From Eledone cirrhosa (taxonomy: Eukaryota), in the NCBI GenBank assembly GCA_964016885.1, contig OZ024740.1, forward strand, positions 68,820,001-68,884,000: a stretch of 64,000 bases of DNA. Direction: 5' to 3'. Under the pieces are notes generated by a model, which was not told the DNA's origin, did not search any database, and saw only the letters and a list, made by a program, of their open reading frames with translations. This document shows, one piece after another, positions 37,699 to 51,309 of this stretch (the first letter of the stretch is position 1; each line of letters begins with the position of its first letter). Both the position numbers and the translations under genes were made by a program.

Positions 37699-40600
37699 TC
37701 AGGTCAGGTCAGATTGTTGGAGTAGGATCTTGGACATCCTGCCTGATGAAAAACGAAACCCGTCAGTGGGCTGAGAAACTCATGAGAGTCAAAGGACATC
37801 CAGGTGTCTGTATGGATATAATTGTATGTGTGTTATGTGTGTATTTTATTTTTAAATAGGTTAACTTTTAACTCATTTCAGTTTTAACTTTTCTAACTTT
37901 ATCTCTTAACCTTTAACTCTAAATTTTAACTCTTTATAATTTTTATCTTTCAAACGTTTAGTGGGATGGGGAGGCCCTTGCTCTACGACTTCAGAAGTAA
38001 TCAGTCACATGCATGGCATTCGCTGAGGAGAAATAGAAGAAAACCCACTGAGAGTGAAGAATTCCGAGCATTCTTCTAGGAGAGCGAAATTCTGAAGTGA
38101 AAGCTGCGGTTTACGTGATTACTGGTCATCTTGCTTAGGCCTGTCATCAGATAATAATCATTGAAACTTAAAGATTGGTACGCGTGTTGTTTAAGCGTTT
38201 ACTACTACAATCTAATGATGTCCAGATGTCTTTTTCAATTGTCTTCTCATCTGTCATTTTATCCATTAAAATGTGCATATTAATGGAAGAGTGGTGACGT
38301 GTGCAAACCTAATCATTTAGAAGCACACAATTACAAATCTTCATATTGGCGGCAGGGCTTTTTTCTTAATATCATTGACGTGTCTTCCTGTGACAAGGAC
38401 CAACTTCGCTGAATGTGATTGTGTGTGAGCAGCCCTGTTAACGAGAGCACTGCTCATCCAGTGAAGGTGCTAGAAAAGGGGCACAGACAATGACTGTCAC
38501 GTCAACTCTGGTTAGTTCTCGCCGGCTAACGGTGGTTCATGTCAGCAGGAGCAGTACATATGATAGACATGTTCAATTAATTGCAACAGAGAGAGAGAGG
38601 GGGGTGGAGTTTCACTCAATCTTAGTTGTTGTAATTTTAGAAATTTTCTGGACTAGATTTCATGAAGCCGGCCAGAAAGACGTATTGTACTTGTAACTAA
38701 GGAACTTCAAAGGGTACATATTGTAGCTCTGCCAGAAATGCATGTGTCAACTGAAGATCAGTTGACTGAAGTATCATCAGTATATACAATTTTCTGGGAT
38801 GATAAGCCTAAAGGCGAACATCGAGAAGGTAGTGTTGGTTTTGTTATCAGAACAACATTGGCCATGCTTTTACTGTGTGGGCCCATCTAGCATTACTGAT
38901 CGCATAATGAAGCTATGGGTTTCACTCTATTGTGAACGCTTTGCGACAGTCTATTTAGATTATGCTCTAACTGTTGAGGAGAATGAAGAGACTGTTATGA
39001 TTTTCTATGAAAATATTCATATTACCATTGCTCCTCCACGAAATGATAACAAACTAACATATCTTTGTGAATTCAATGCAGGTTCTCGCAAGGCCTGTGA
39101 GATTGGTATATTGTTGGCCTGAATGGCATTGGTAAAGAGAAACAACTGGTTTGTAGCTACTTGAACTTTGCACAGGAACTCATTTTGACGATTTCCAATA
39201 CTTTCCTCAGACAAAAACGCAAACAGGAAATGATATAGACTTATCGGAGAGAGCAAAGCATTTAAATTTCATATCTGTAAGAAGTTTCTTATGAGTTGTT
39301 TCAAGATACCGAATCGTGTTAAAGCATTTCCAAACGGCTCAATAGTCTTGAAATGGATGGAACACGGGAGCATTTTAAAGACCAAATGTATTCTACAAGA
39401 GCAGATGTGCGAGAAAATTGTGTGAAAAAAAACCCATAGAGTCTGTTTTGATAATAACGATCAGCCAGTTACTGAAATTTAAACAGACACTCTATGAAAA
39501 GTTCCTGGATCAAAATCCCTCAACGCGCCTTGTTACAGAGAAGATATATAAAGAATGCAAGGCCAAATTACAACGTCAACTGAAAAGAATGAAAAATGAT
39601 TGGTGGTCAAATATATCTAAGAGCTTATTACAGAACTCATTTAGTTCTCCATCCTTTACTTGTTCTATAAAGACCCAGAGAACATTATGCAGAGATGGAA
39701 AGAAATTTTGTTCTGGCCTTTTATACAATAATTCTATTCTCAACTTTGATGTTATATAGTGTCTACTTCAAAACTCAATCTAGTTTCAGAGCAGGAAGTG
39801 GGACAGTGGAATGATCTGTTTGGCTAGACAGGTGCAGGAAAATGCATAGAACAGTATATGCCTTTGTATCTTGTCGATTTAATGCAGTCAACAGAGAAGC
39901 CTTATGGGTCATTGTTAGTAAATTAGACTGTCCACAGCTTTTTCTGTATATCTTCAAACAACTACATCGAGACATGAAGGCTATGCTTTATCTAATGGAA
40001 AAGCCTCAGGACAAATTTCTGTGGACAACAGTGTTAAGCAAAGGAACATTCCTGCTCCAACACTATTTGCAGTATAATTTGCCGTTCTTATAGATTATGC
40101 ATTCCACAACTGTAATCGAGACCCAAACCTAGATTTCCGATTGTCTGGACAACTTTTCAATTATCGAAGATTTAATAAAAGATCTGTGACATTCAATTTG
40201 AGAGCTTTTGTATTCTGATGATGCGGACTTTTTGCACACACAGAAGTAGATATGCGGTCAACAATAATTACATTTTGTGAAGTTAATGCTCCTTTCAGGC
40301 TCACTGTTAGATTAACTAAGAGGCAAAGGTGATGTACACTCCAGCACCATGGGTAGCTTATGCTGTGCCAAATATATATGGGAATGGAATATGTTCGTTT
40401 ATCGGGCTAGTACTCTGTCAAGGGACCGGAATATAGATACAGAAATACATCTTCGAGTACAGAAGGCAAGCGCTGCATTTCAAAACTAAGTGAAAGTGGG
40501 TGGTCAGACAGAGGCATAACACTGAAAGCAAAACTAAATGGGTAACAGGCATTTCAATTTCTGAATGTGTATCATGCTGCGCTCACTAGCGGCATTTGAA

Positions 40601-41368
40601 GATACTTCCAGCGAAAGTAACTTCGGACGATCTTATGTATTAAATGGAGACGCATGGCACAGAATACTAAAGATTTACAAAAAATGGAATCTGTACACTC
40701 TGTTACTTTGTCATTAGGGGCAAGATACGCTAGTTAAGATGACTTGTTCTCATGAAAGACGGAAAATAATTTTTTTTTACGGTGAGATTATGCAAGGAGA
40801 CAAACAACAGCATCAGCATAATTTACAAAGATTGTATTAAGAAAATGTAAATTGTCTCGATTTAGATAGAAATCAATGAGAAAAGCAAGCTCTTGATCGT
40901 AATACAAAGTGAAACTCAAGTGTCAGTTATTGAATGAAATAAAAAGTAATGGCACTAAGAAAGAATGAGTTGGTAAGGCTAGAAAATGTTGATTATAGGA
41001 ATTGCAATTTCTATCACTGTACTCTCCTCTCTAAAGCCGGTTTTGTAAACACAGGATCTGGCTATGACACAGGCAGATTATGTTGCAAATCACCCTGCCC
41101 CTTCCAGATGTGTTTGTTTGTCTAATTTGTGGGAACATATATACGTCAACATCCGGATTAAACACCATATGAAGGTTCATCAATATAAAATTCCACATCC
41201 CGATCCAATAAACCCAGTACAGGCACTGGCATGCATCTGTTAGTTGTGGAAAAGACCTTGTAAATCAGTTTGTGAATTGAAGGTTCATGCATATGGAAGT
41301 ATGTAATCGTGCAGGGGAATTAAAATAAAGTTAAGACGGCTATCATCTAATAATACGAAGCAATCATT
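37699..41368 (+). mobile_element. RTE-clade LINE, near full length, heavily degraded
   Basis: APE remnant (KPKGEHREGSVGFVIR ~38805-55); RT remnants FNAVNREALW..KLDCP, APTLF, ELLYSDDA (40202-25); C2H2-like CLICG...HMKVH ~41118-81; ends at (TA)n. Confidence 0.85.
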
Positions 41369-41478
41369 ATATATATATATATATATATTGCTCTTCTTCG
41401 TTGGTTATATAACCAACGAAGAACAACATATTCTACAACTACCACCAACATTCACGTTATACAACGAGGTGAACCTTA

Positions 41479-41549
<71 letters not shown>

Positions 41550-41551
<2 letters not shown>

Positions 41552-42342
41552 ACACGCTGACTTTCTCCACCTGTCATTCTCCTCTACTGCTACCACTTCA
41601 TCCCGTCTTGACTCTCTGACCACTTCCTGTTGTGCACGCACCCCACATCTCCACACTTCCGACCACCACAACCAATGTATTACACACCACCGGCCATCGT
41701 TCCAGCTATCCACTCCATAACATGAATAATATCCAGAAACTCATCGCACACTCCACGGAACTACCTTAAGAACTTACCCACGGACAAACACTCACAATTA
41801 TTTTTCGAACCACACCACCCCTACATCCACACCACGTATAAACCCCAACACACACGTGCGTACCCCCACTTATACACACTCAGCCTCCGGAATCCTTCCC
41901 TTTCACCTACCCCTCTGACCACACTCCTTTCACTGAACATGGAACCTCGTTCTTCCCCCAAATCTCACATTCATATACACACATGTACGCCTACACACAT
42001 ACACAAACACCACCTTCAGCCCTCCCTGCTCGGGCCTCCGCCTCCCTCTCCCTACTCCACCCGGCACCACCCCTACACGCCCCACACCTTTCCACCACTT
42101 GGTTATCTTTATGTTTATTTTTATTATTATTTCCACCGTTTTTCCTCCCTTTTCTCTCCACCCTTTTGTCTAAATGTCTCTCCACCCCTCCCCCACTCAC
42201 CCTTGGAACTCTCTTCCAACACACTTTTCTCCTGAAGAAAGGCTTATGCCCGAAACGCCCCCCCCCCTCTCTCAAGAGCGTGAACTTAATAAACCTTTGT
42301 TTCTACTGCCTCTATATTTTAATTCCCGTCCAAGTTTTCACT
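41550..42342 (+). mobile_element. PLE-type terminal fragment with hammerhead core
   Basis: CTGAAGA AAGGC TTAT GCCC GAAA CG at 42232-57; homologous to the minus-strand copy at 49757-50175; flanked by (TA)n. Confidence 0.65.
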
Positions 42343-43500
42343 ATATATATATATATATGAGTTTGTGTTTAAGTGTGTATCTGTATTGTATACATTGCTG
42401 AAATAACAAGTTACACATTCCGATCTTCTAAACACTTAATTTCTATTACAGAAAGAGGAGGAAGGACTTTCAAAATTTGGTCATCTAATTAACAAATATA
42501 ATTTCGTTATTTCTGTTTATGTGGACAGCTGTAAGGTGATTTATAGAGAAGTGGAAAGAAAATCAACTCTAGATTTGTATTCAACAGGAATAAAAAATTG
42601 ATTACAAGAAACGTGATTTCATCGAAAATTGGTTTTATAAGATTAAACATGGTGTAATTTATTGATTCTTTTTAAAAGTATTTTGCCTAGATTTCACTTC
42701 TGATGTTCAAAATCTATATATTTACAAGTTTAAGCAATCATAAACTGCTTAGCAGAGATCTCCATCAGATATGATTCGCGATATATATATGATGTGCTCG
42801 TAAATCTATACGAAGATTTATAGATACGCAGAATCATGAAAGAAATAGACACTGCTCTTTTGATTACAGATAGCACTAGCACAGCGTGATTCATAATAAA
42901 TGTGTGCATGAATACATATGAACTGTATGTTTGGAACTAGATTTTTCTTTCAGCTCATCTATTATACATTGTAGTGAGATACTAGGCGAATGTGATTTGT
43001 CATACACACAATATTTAAACGAGTAAAAGAAAACTATTTAAGACAAATAATCCCTGGATCAATGCTCCAGGCCATTTCAAGAAAGACAGGTGCAACAACT
43101 TCAGATTAAAACAACAGGAATTCTTTGGAATACATCTATTAATGAAACTGACTTTTAGCTTTTAAGTTTCAGCTTTATTAAACATCAGTATAAAATACTC
43201 CGGTAGCACTGATCGTACTGCGCCTCATCTCATCAGTAAACCATTCGGCTCATAATCAAGCCAATATAATATCAACCCCTTAGTCTACATTTCTCTGCTA
43301 TGGTTCAAAAAGACACAACCACCAGTCAGAGTGGTCTATTTACTGTACGTTTGGTCCGTATCCAGTGAAAATAATATGCTAAGTGTAATTTTGTTTGCTC
43401 CCTTACCAATTGATAATTTTTGTTTTATTTATCTGTCATTTTTAGTGCTACATAACAGGCACATATTAATAGACCGATATACGCTTACATTTTGTGGTGA

Positions 43501-43665
43501 GTTTATTACGTATTGAATCATATAGCAATAGCTACTAAACAAGATATAACTTGTGAACCATTTCATCTTATTTCCCAATCGTAGTTTATTACGTATTGAA
43601 ACATATAGCAACAGTTACTATACAAGATATAACTTGTGAAACATTTCATCTTATTTCCCAATCGC
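43501..43665. repeat. Tandem duplication, 2 x ~83 bp
   Basis: GTTTATTACGTATTGAA...TTTCCCAATCG repeated at 43501 and 43584. Confidence 0.9.
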
Positions 43666-44077
43666 GTAAGCTTATTCAATTAATAACTGACAAAACCAAG
43701 AGAACATAAAAAAAAATCCTTAGGTCGGTTTTGCATTTTATCGATAACAGAATTTATAAAATATACACCGGTCACGTATTATTGGGTCATTTAATTTGAC
43801 TATTCCACTTGCGAAAACATTATGAAGTTCTGTCTAATGTGGAAATCAATATCTTATGCAACTAAAACGGAAAAATACAAGATACTGTTGAACATAGATT
43901 GCTTCACACCTGTCTTGCGCTAATTAGCCTATCTCTTTATTTCCTGAAAATGAATATCATTCATGTACAGTAATCAGTTTAAATTGTTTTATACAATGCC
44001 CACATCATAACTACACCCATATGTCTTTCTATTCTTACGAAAAACATCGTCGGCTCTTTATCTGATAAACTTGTGTG

Positions 44078-44850
44078 TCTTCTTCTTCTTCTTCTTCTTC
44101 TTCTTCTTCTTCTTCTTCTTCTTCTTCTTCTTCTTCTTCTTCTTCTTTCATTCATTCATTCATTCATCTATTCCAGGATGACCGTAGGTGCACACTACTC
44201 CCGCACGCATGTTAGTGGGTTCTGTGAGAGGTAACCGTTTCCAATTGATCTAGCTTCAGCCCAAAGCAACAGCAGCCAAACCGGTGGATGGTATTCAACT
44301 ATCTTGATCTGGGCATACCTATTAGTGTCCTGGCAACTAGTTTTCCCGTAAAATCTATCCAGCGATTCTTTCCGTATCCATTCTAACCATATGTCCGTAG
44401 TGCCGGAGCCGTGATCAATTCAAATAGTTTGCGGCTCTCACTGACACGCCACGTAATACGTTGTCTCCCTCCACACCTGTTATCAGAACACATCTGGGAG
44501 GGGGTCTCCTCTCTTCAGAGAGGTACATTGGCGAAGATACATCACTCTAGGTAGGGGTTCGCTGGAATAACGAATTGAAGGTAGTGTATTTGGCTTCTAC
44601 ACCTACTTCCATTCTTCTGATGACTGAATGCTGAAGCTGGTGAATTACTGCACCTGCTCTAACGCTCATATATGCTAACCGTATCATTATCCAGCACCTG
44701 CGACCCGTTCTCTAGAAGAATAACTCTACAGCCCAAAACAGCCAGCAATTGTTAAAATAACTACATTAGCTGTTCCCAAACATTTTACACGATTCGTCAT
44801 CACGTGGGATCCTTCCTCACTCATCGACCCTGAATATCTACAAAAAGTAC
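44078..44850 (-). mobile_element. RTE-type LINE 3' portion ending at (GAA)n
   Basis: Minus strand reads AKYTTFNSLFQRT and RLRHYGHMVRMDTERIA; (TTC)n at 44078-44146. Confidence 0.65.
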
Positions 44851-45239
44851 GAGTGCATATACATATCAGTGAAAACAAGATAATATAAATGGACGACAAA
44901 GGCCATTTAAATTGTATAATCAATTTGGATATATGGTTTTATTTCATGTGTATTCATTTCATATACAAATGTTGAATCAGTCCAGTCGGTATCCCATGAG
45001 CAGGGGTCGATATCTAATAGGTTGGACACACCTGCAGAAAACCCTTCTAGTCGAAGCTGTAATACCCAATATAGACCCTAAATACTAAGTTTTCTAGCAT
45101 TCTACATTACCTTTTCCAATACATCCATAACCTCTTTACTGGCAAAGGTTGTACTGTATATATGCATGCGTACATCATAGTTTCCACGCACAGCGTTTTC
45201 AGATTTCTGAAACAGTGATATGCATCAGTATATAACCAT

Positions 45240-45395
45240 TCATGCTTTGCAGCAAAGAGTTACGGCCCTTTATGATCTGAGTTCAAATCCCGCCGAGGTT
45301 AACTTTGCCTTTATCCTTACGGGGTCGATAAAATAAAGTACCAGTACTACACTGGAATAATTGGTGGCCTTGTGCCAAAAAGTAGAAACAATTAT
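45240..45395 (+). mobile_element. SINE family A, 5'-truncated
   Basis: B box, central domain and tail present. Confidence 0.88.
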
Positions 45396-46631
45396 TTTAA
45401 TATATGATACTTCCGTTCATAATGTATATTATTGCCGACACAATGAATGTGGTTTTTATACATAGTCATAGAAGAATGCGTATATACATACACACTTACA
45501 TACATACAAGCATAAATACATACATACATATATATAAGTATGTATATACACACACACACGCGCGCACAGATATATATATGTATAAGTATGTATATACACA
45601 AACACACACACGCGCGCACAGATATATATATATATATATATATATATTAAGTAAACATATAAGTTTGTGGACGCATCTCCACCTCATTAATATATATAAA
45701 TACATATATGAATGAATGTAAGTGTGACGTGAAATTAGATTATGACATTCTGGTCAATAAACATTCATTATCATCTTGAACAATGACAAAAATTCATTCC
45801 ATATCTCACAAGTTTAAAGTCACGTTTCCAGGATTTAAAGATTGAAAGATATATCTCAATTAGATTATCAAACACATTTTCAATTCAGAATCATTTATCA
45901 AAACTAAAACCTAACAGCGATAGTTGTCCCAATTAGATTCTCTTCGTATAGAAATTTAACAGGCCAACACAAATATTTGATATCTTTTCGGAGGATAAGC
46001 TCGAACAGGAATATATTTATCTAACAGTATTTCTCGTCTATTTTGTAATAGTAATGTATTAATGAAACAAATATTTTCTTCCCAGGATTCAATGTTAGCT
46101 TTAACAATAGTTGCAGTTTCCTCTTATCTGTACCACAGGTAGGATTCAATCCTGAACAATTGCTACCATGAATAAACAATGGACTATTGTGTCTTCGGTC
46201 AGTGCACGATATAAGTTGTAATTGTAACCAGCAGAGTCGAGCAGGAAGCGATTATTAATATATTTCTTCGAGCATTCAGGCCTACATGATATATTTCATT
46301 CAATGATTCATAAACCATCCTATAAAACGTTTCAAGAAATCCTACGTGAATCGACACAGAACGATACGGAACAATGCATATTCTAGTGTTTAATTCAAAG
46401 TGAGGAATGGTGAATGTCCATAAGTAGAATGAAACTACTTTTCATCTAGGTCATTAATTTTAATTTCTGGACATTTTATACATTATATTTTGAATCTATG
46501 AAAAGTAGGAATTATGAGATAGGAACGTTATCTTTAGTTCCTTGAAAATAATGAAAATATGCATTAGTTGTTAACAATAATTTCCGATGAAATTTCCGAG
46601 TGTATTGTCATAAAGTTAGTAGCATGTTCGG

Positions 46632-46762
<131 letters not shown>

Positions 46763-47867
46763 ATACATATATACATACATATATACAAATATATATATAT
46801 ATACATATATGGGAGGGGGCTGTATGTGTTAGTGTGTGTGTATACATAGTCTAGTGTTTAGGGTGCAGGGCTCTATTGTGTTGTGTTCTTGAGTTCAATG
46901 TCAAATTACGCATTCCTTCTTATACCATGAATAATCATAGGGGGATAGTGCGAGTAATAGAAAGACCATTGTAACACGGCTTCTATATTTCATCTTGATT
47001 AATTAATTGTTTCTTTTCAATTCGGAAAACAAAAGGAAAACTTACAAATTCAATAAAATATATGCATAGGAATCTAATCTATATTCTGAACTTAATAATG
47101 ATCTATCTTCCAAATATCTTCTATTCCATCAGGAATGGCAGAGAAGAAATTGCTACGAATAAATATTCTTTTAAATGGGCTTAGTAATTAAACAGTGGTC
47201 ACGCTGAGTCATTCTCTTGATATAATTACAAATTGCAGTTGAATACTGAGAAAACTATCGTTGTCCAAGAAAATCAGTCATATATTTCACATAATTGCAA
47301 AGTTAATTGCAACGTTAATTGCAAATAGGAATTCCACGTAATTGCAACATTAATTACAAATAGCAAAAAAAAAACAAACAAAAAAACAAATAAAGAAATG
47401 AGTAAAGAAAGAAAATAAAGAAAATTTATAATTTTGAACTTTTCGTAATTTAAATGATGATTATCCAACAAGAATGGACTATGGATGATATCACGATACA
47501 GCGAATCTATATCATGCAATCAAAGAGGCATTGAGCCTGGTTTTATATTATAAAGCTCTCATGAATGGATGGTTGGACAAAATCTGTAGTGTGTCAGACA
47601 ATATGACATGAAGAATTTAATATCATCCTCCGTACTTTTCTCTTCCCCCAATTTCATATGAATAATTTTAATTTTAGTTTTTTTTTGCCTACCACTAAAT
47701 AGTTGTAGACCTGAATTTATCTGATAATCAATTTGCTAATTTATAAGTGGCGGATCGTGTTGATAATGTTTAAGAAATACCTAAATAAGGTGCACTGAAC
47801 CAATAGCGAACTTTCAATAATAGTTTATGAATGCGAACATTATTTAACATTTTAAATAATGTTCGCC

Positions 47868-48055
47868 TTAGGATGAAAGGCAAAGTTAACCTCGGCAGGA
47901 TTTGAACTCAGAATAACAGTTTCGGTCCTTGCCATTCTGAGTTCAAATCCTGCCGAGGTTAACTTTACCTTTCATCCTTACAGGGTCGATAAAATAAAGT
48001 ACCAGTAATGTACTGGGTTATTGCTGATCTTGTGCCAAAAGTAGAAACAATTATT
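47868..48055. mobile_element. Two SINE A fragments in inverted (head-to-head) orientation
   Basis: 47870-47914 (minus) is the near-perfect reverse complement of 47934-47978 (plus). Confidence 0.88.
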
Positions 48056-48088
48056 TAACATTTTAAAGTTTCGATCTATTTCCTTTGT

Positions 48089-48235
48089 GAAGGCGCGTGA
48101 CTGAGTTGTTAGAGAATTGGATCCTCACATGTGAGGTCTTGAGTTCGATTCCTGGACCGGGCGATGTGTTATGTCCATGAGGAAGACTCTTTATTTCACG
48201 TTTCTCCTTCTATCTGGAGTTGCGACCGATAGATA
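48089..48235 (+). mobile_element. tRNA-derived SINE (family B, CORE-like body)
   Basis: GAAGGCGCGTGACTGAGTTGTTAGAG head, B box GAGTTCGATTCC, body GTCCATGAGGAAGACTCTTTATTTCAC. Confidence 0.7.
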
Positions 48236-48321
48236 GTGTTAGCAATTGGGAAGACCAATGGAAATATAGTCTCTTCTGTCCGATTTAACGAAAGTTTTAC
48301 TGAGTTCGTCACACCTCAGTG

Positions 48322-48470
48322 CGCATTCTGAGTTCAAATCCCGCCGTGGTTAACCTTGCCTTTCAAGGTCGATAAAAGACTACCCCAGTCCATTACTGGG
48401 TTCAGCTATCCTTCTATAGAAAAGACGACCGTGTTCAGACCAGGTTTACATGTGACCTAGGCACACCGTA
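48322..48470 (+). mobile_element. SINE A-related fragment with a different 3' part
   Basis: TTCTGAGTTCAAATCCCGCCGTGGTTAACCTTGCCTTTCA..GGTCGATAAA. Confidence 0.65.
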
Positions 48471-48663
48471 TGACGGTCCCTCTACGACTCCACAAGTAGT
48501 TAAGGAATCTTTTTTTCCTTTTTTACCTTAATATACATATACATACATACATACATACATACGGCTGAGCTCTGGCTCTTTTGACAGCTAGATCCGAACG
48601 ACCCTAACTATTGAGTAGTCTGGTGCGATATGGTCAACCTGGTATCTCACCACACCCTCTTTG

Positions 48664-48704
<41 letters not shown>

Positions 48705-48817
48705 TGTATATGTGTGTGTGTATGTGTATGTGTGTGTATGTCTGATGGTAGCTAAGATGCTTCCATAGGCGGTATGCCGGTTCACCACACTATGCTCTTA
48801 CGGAGCAGAGTATGATA

Positions 48818-48883
<66 letters not shown>

Positions 48884-49460
48884 TATAAACATATATATAT
48901 AAATATATATATATATATAGGTATGTTTTATAAGCTATTTTATAGCGTTTCTACGCTTGGGCACATTGTTTTATATACTTATATATATTTATTTGTTCAT
49001 GCTTATTGACACTGCAATGTAAGTATAATCGGGATGTTGTCAATATGATTTCACGAACTTACCGGAATTCCGTTCAAAATAATACATACTATTTAACTAT
49101 TAATGTTCAATCAGTTTATTTGTGCTGAAACACGTGATAGATTCTCAAGTTTTGTAAATGTTTTGTCAGCCTGAATCGTAATGTGAAGATTGCGTAAACT
49201 ATCCTCTTCATCTCAGTTATGAAAATCAATATTGAATCCTTTTATCAATGTCATATTGCAGAATATATCCATTGCATAAAATTCTCCCTGGCAGACGAGA
49301 GGAAAGAACATTTTTAAAAATATATCAAATTTCGAGAGGTGAGAATCCAAACCGGTGGCTATATATATATATAGGAGGTGAGTTTTATTGTAGTACAATA
49401 AAGCAATGCAGATATCTGATAAGAAGCACTCTACAGTTTGTAGGACTGGAATATACATAA

Positions 49461-49690
49461 TATATAAGATCAAAAGATGGTTAAAAGAGTTCCATGTATT
49501 TTATTATGCGCATTTCAAAAACCAATATTATCATGCAATAATATTTGTTTTCATCAGATAAAATAGGAAGACATGATATGAAGGTTAAAAAACACTTGTG
49601 AATAGTAGAGTTTTGAATCAACATATGATGATAATTGTTTTTGAAATGCGCATAATAAAATACATGGAACTCTTTTAACCATGTTTTGAT

Positions 49691-49698
<8 letters not shown>
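49461..49698. mobile_element. MITE-like fold-back element with ~70 bp inverted termini
   Basis: TATATAAGATCAAAAGATGGTTAAAAGAGTTCCATGTATTTTATTATGCGCATTTCAAAAAC and its near-exact reverse complement at 49636-49698. Confidence 0.75.
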
Positions 49699-49747
<49 letters not shown>

Positions 49748-49756
49748 ATATATAAG

Positions 49757-50175
49757 TTAAAACAAAAAACAAAAACAATAACGAAGAGTGCAGTATAAAC
49801 AGTGTTGATGTTAGGTTCACGCTTGAGAGTAGGGGTGGGGGACGACGTTTCGGGCATAAGCCCTTCATCAGGAGAAAAGTGGGAAGGAAAGGAGTTCCGC
49901 TGGTATGAGGGGGAGTGGGGGAAAGACGTTAAAAAGGAGGGGGGAAATTAAAGGGAAGGAAAACAAATTAAAATGAAAAAAAGTGGTAAAAGGGTGTGAG
50001 GCGTGCAGATGTGGTGGTGGGTGGATGGAGGGAGGAGAAGGGAGAAGGAAACAGGGGGTCCGACGGGAGAGAGAGCGAAGGTGCTGGGTACAGTATGAGT
50101 GAGTGTAATGTACTGGTGTGTGTGCGTGTTTGGGTATGAGTGTGTGTGTGTGTTTATGTGTGGTAGGGTGGGTGT
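49757..50175 (-). mobile_element. PLE-type terminal fragment with hammerhead core
   Basis: Minus strand CTGATGA AGGGC TTAT GCCC GAAA CGTCGTC (49841-49871); same family as 41550-42342. Confidence 0.65.
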
Positions 50176-51309
50176 TATATATATATATATTATATGGATT
50201 ACTATATTATCTACATCCCTTTGAATTCATCAGAAGTCCTTGAATCATATATTTTCTGTTTAAATATTTGTGTTACAAACTTCCTATGCAATATCACTTC
50301 TATTATCCATGCATCTGTTTTCAAATTTGTTTTTATAATAATTACATATATTTCGTTTTGCGAGAGATCGTTTACTGACATCATAGTGGGTTTAAATTTA
50401 CACATTACTAGATCGCTGATGATACGCTTCGTAGTGATTTTAATATCATCTAACGCTCACTAATACGAGGCGTTACAACATACACCCTCTAGAAGGTGTA
50501 GAGCCAATTAAACTCATTATACAAGCAATGATTACACGGTGAACTCATGATGTAAATTTACTATATAGTGTTGTGTTCGTTCAAATCTAATTTGTTAATC
50601 TGTTGACAATATAAACAACCGAAACAGCACATTAGCGGAATAACTGCGCTGCAGCATAATTAACAAAGTAGTTGGTCATTAATAAGATTGACTGAGCTAA
50701 GTCTTAGTCATTTCATTTATAGAGTTAGCCTTTCATCATTTCAGAATCAATAAATAAGAAAGGTGAAGGGAAATAGATTACTGGAATTGTTAGATCTCAG
50801 TCGAATTGTCTTGCGACATCTATTCCGGTTTTTCGGGTTCTGATTTCAATTTCTTCACCTTACTGGTGCTTCTTCAAAGGTATGTTTATTACGCAAAGTT
50901 AAAAATGTGCCTTGGTTCCACTTATAATGTGCATTTAAATCTAACACGGAATAGTGACATAAAAATAGGACGCATTCTGATAGTGGTAACACCAATGCAT
51001 CACAGCTTACACATGTAAGAGTGTGCATGAGTGTGTATGCTTATAACTTATAGCAGGTTTTGAAGGAGGGTGTAACATCCAATTTTTATTTTACAAAAGA
51101 TTTGATAGCACATTCTCTAATATAAAATGAATATATTTGTCCCCAAGACCAAAATATTCTGGGGAGGCCCTTCGTCTGAACAAAGACTGGTGTTTTATGA
51201 TCCCTTTGTAAAAAATTTCTAAACGAACACCAATATAAATAGATGCACACATACACAATTTACGGAACGCAAACAGCTGTGGCGCATCGTTCAGATATAA
51301 ACAATAATA

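Noticed and set aside
44726-45145. Exon-like minus-strand segments with plausible splice sites (YSGSMSEEGSHVMTNRV...)
   Set aside because: No consistent spliced frame or recognisable host protein; contiguous with, and resembling, the degraded RTE RT C-terminus.
46075-46145. Possible 53 nt plus-strand exon (TTTTCTTCCCAG|...CAG|GTAGG)
   Set aside because: Isolated, no partner exons or recognisable product; expected by chance or from a decayed retroelement.
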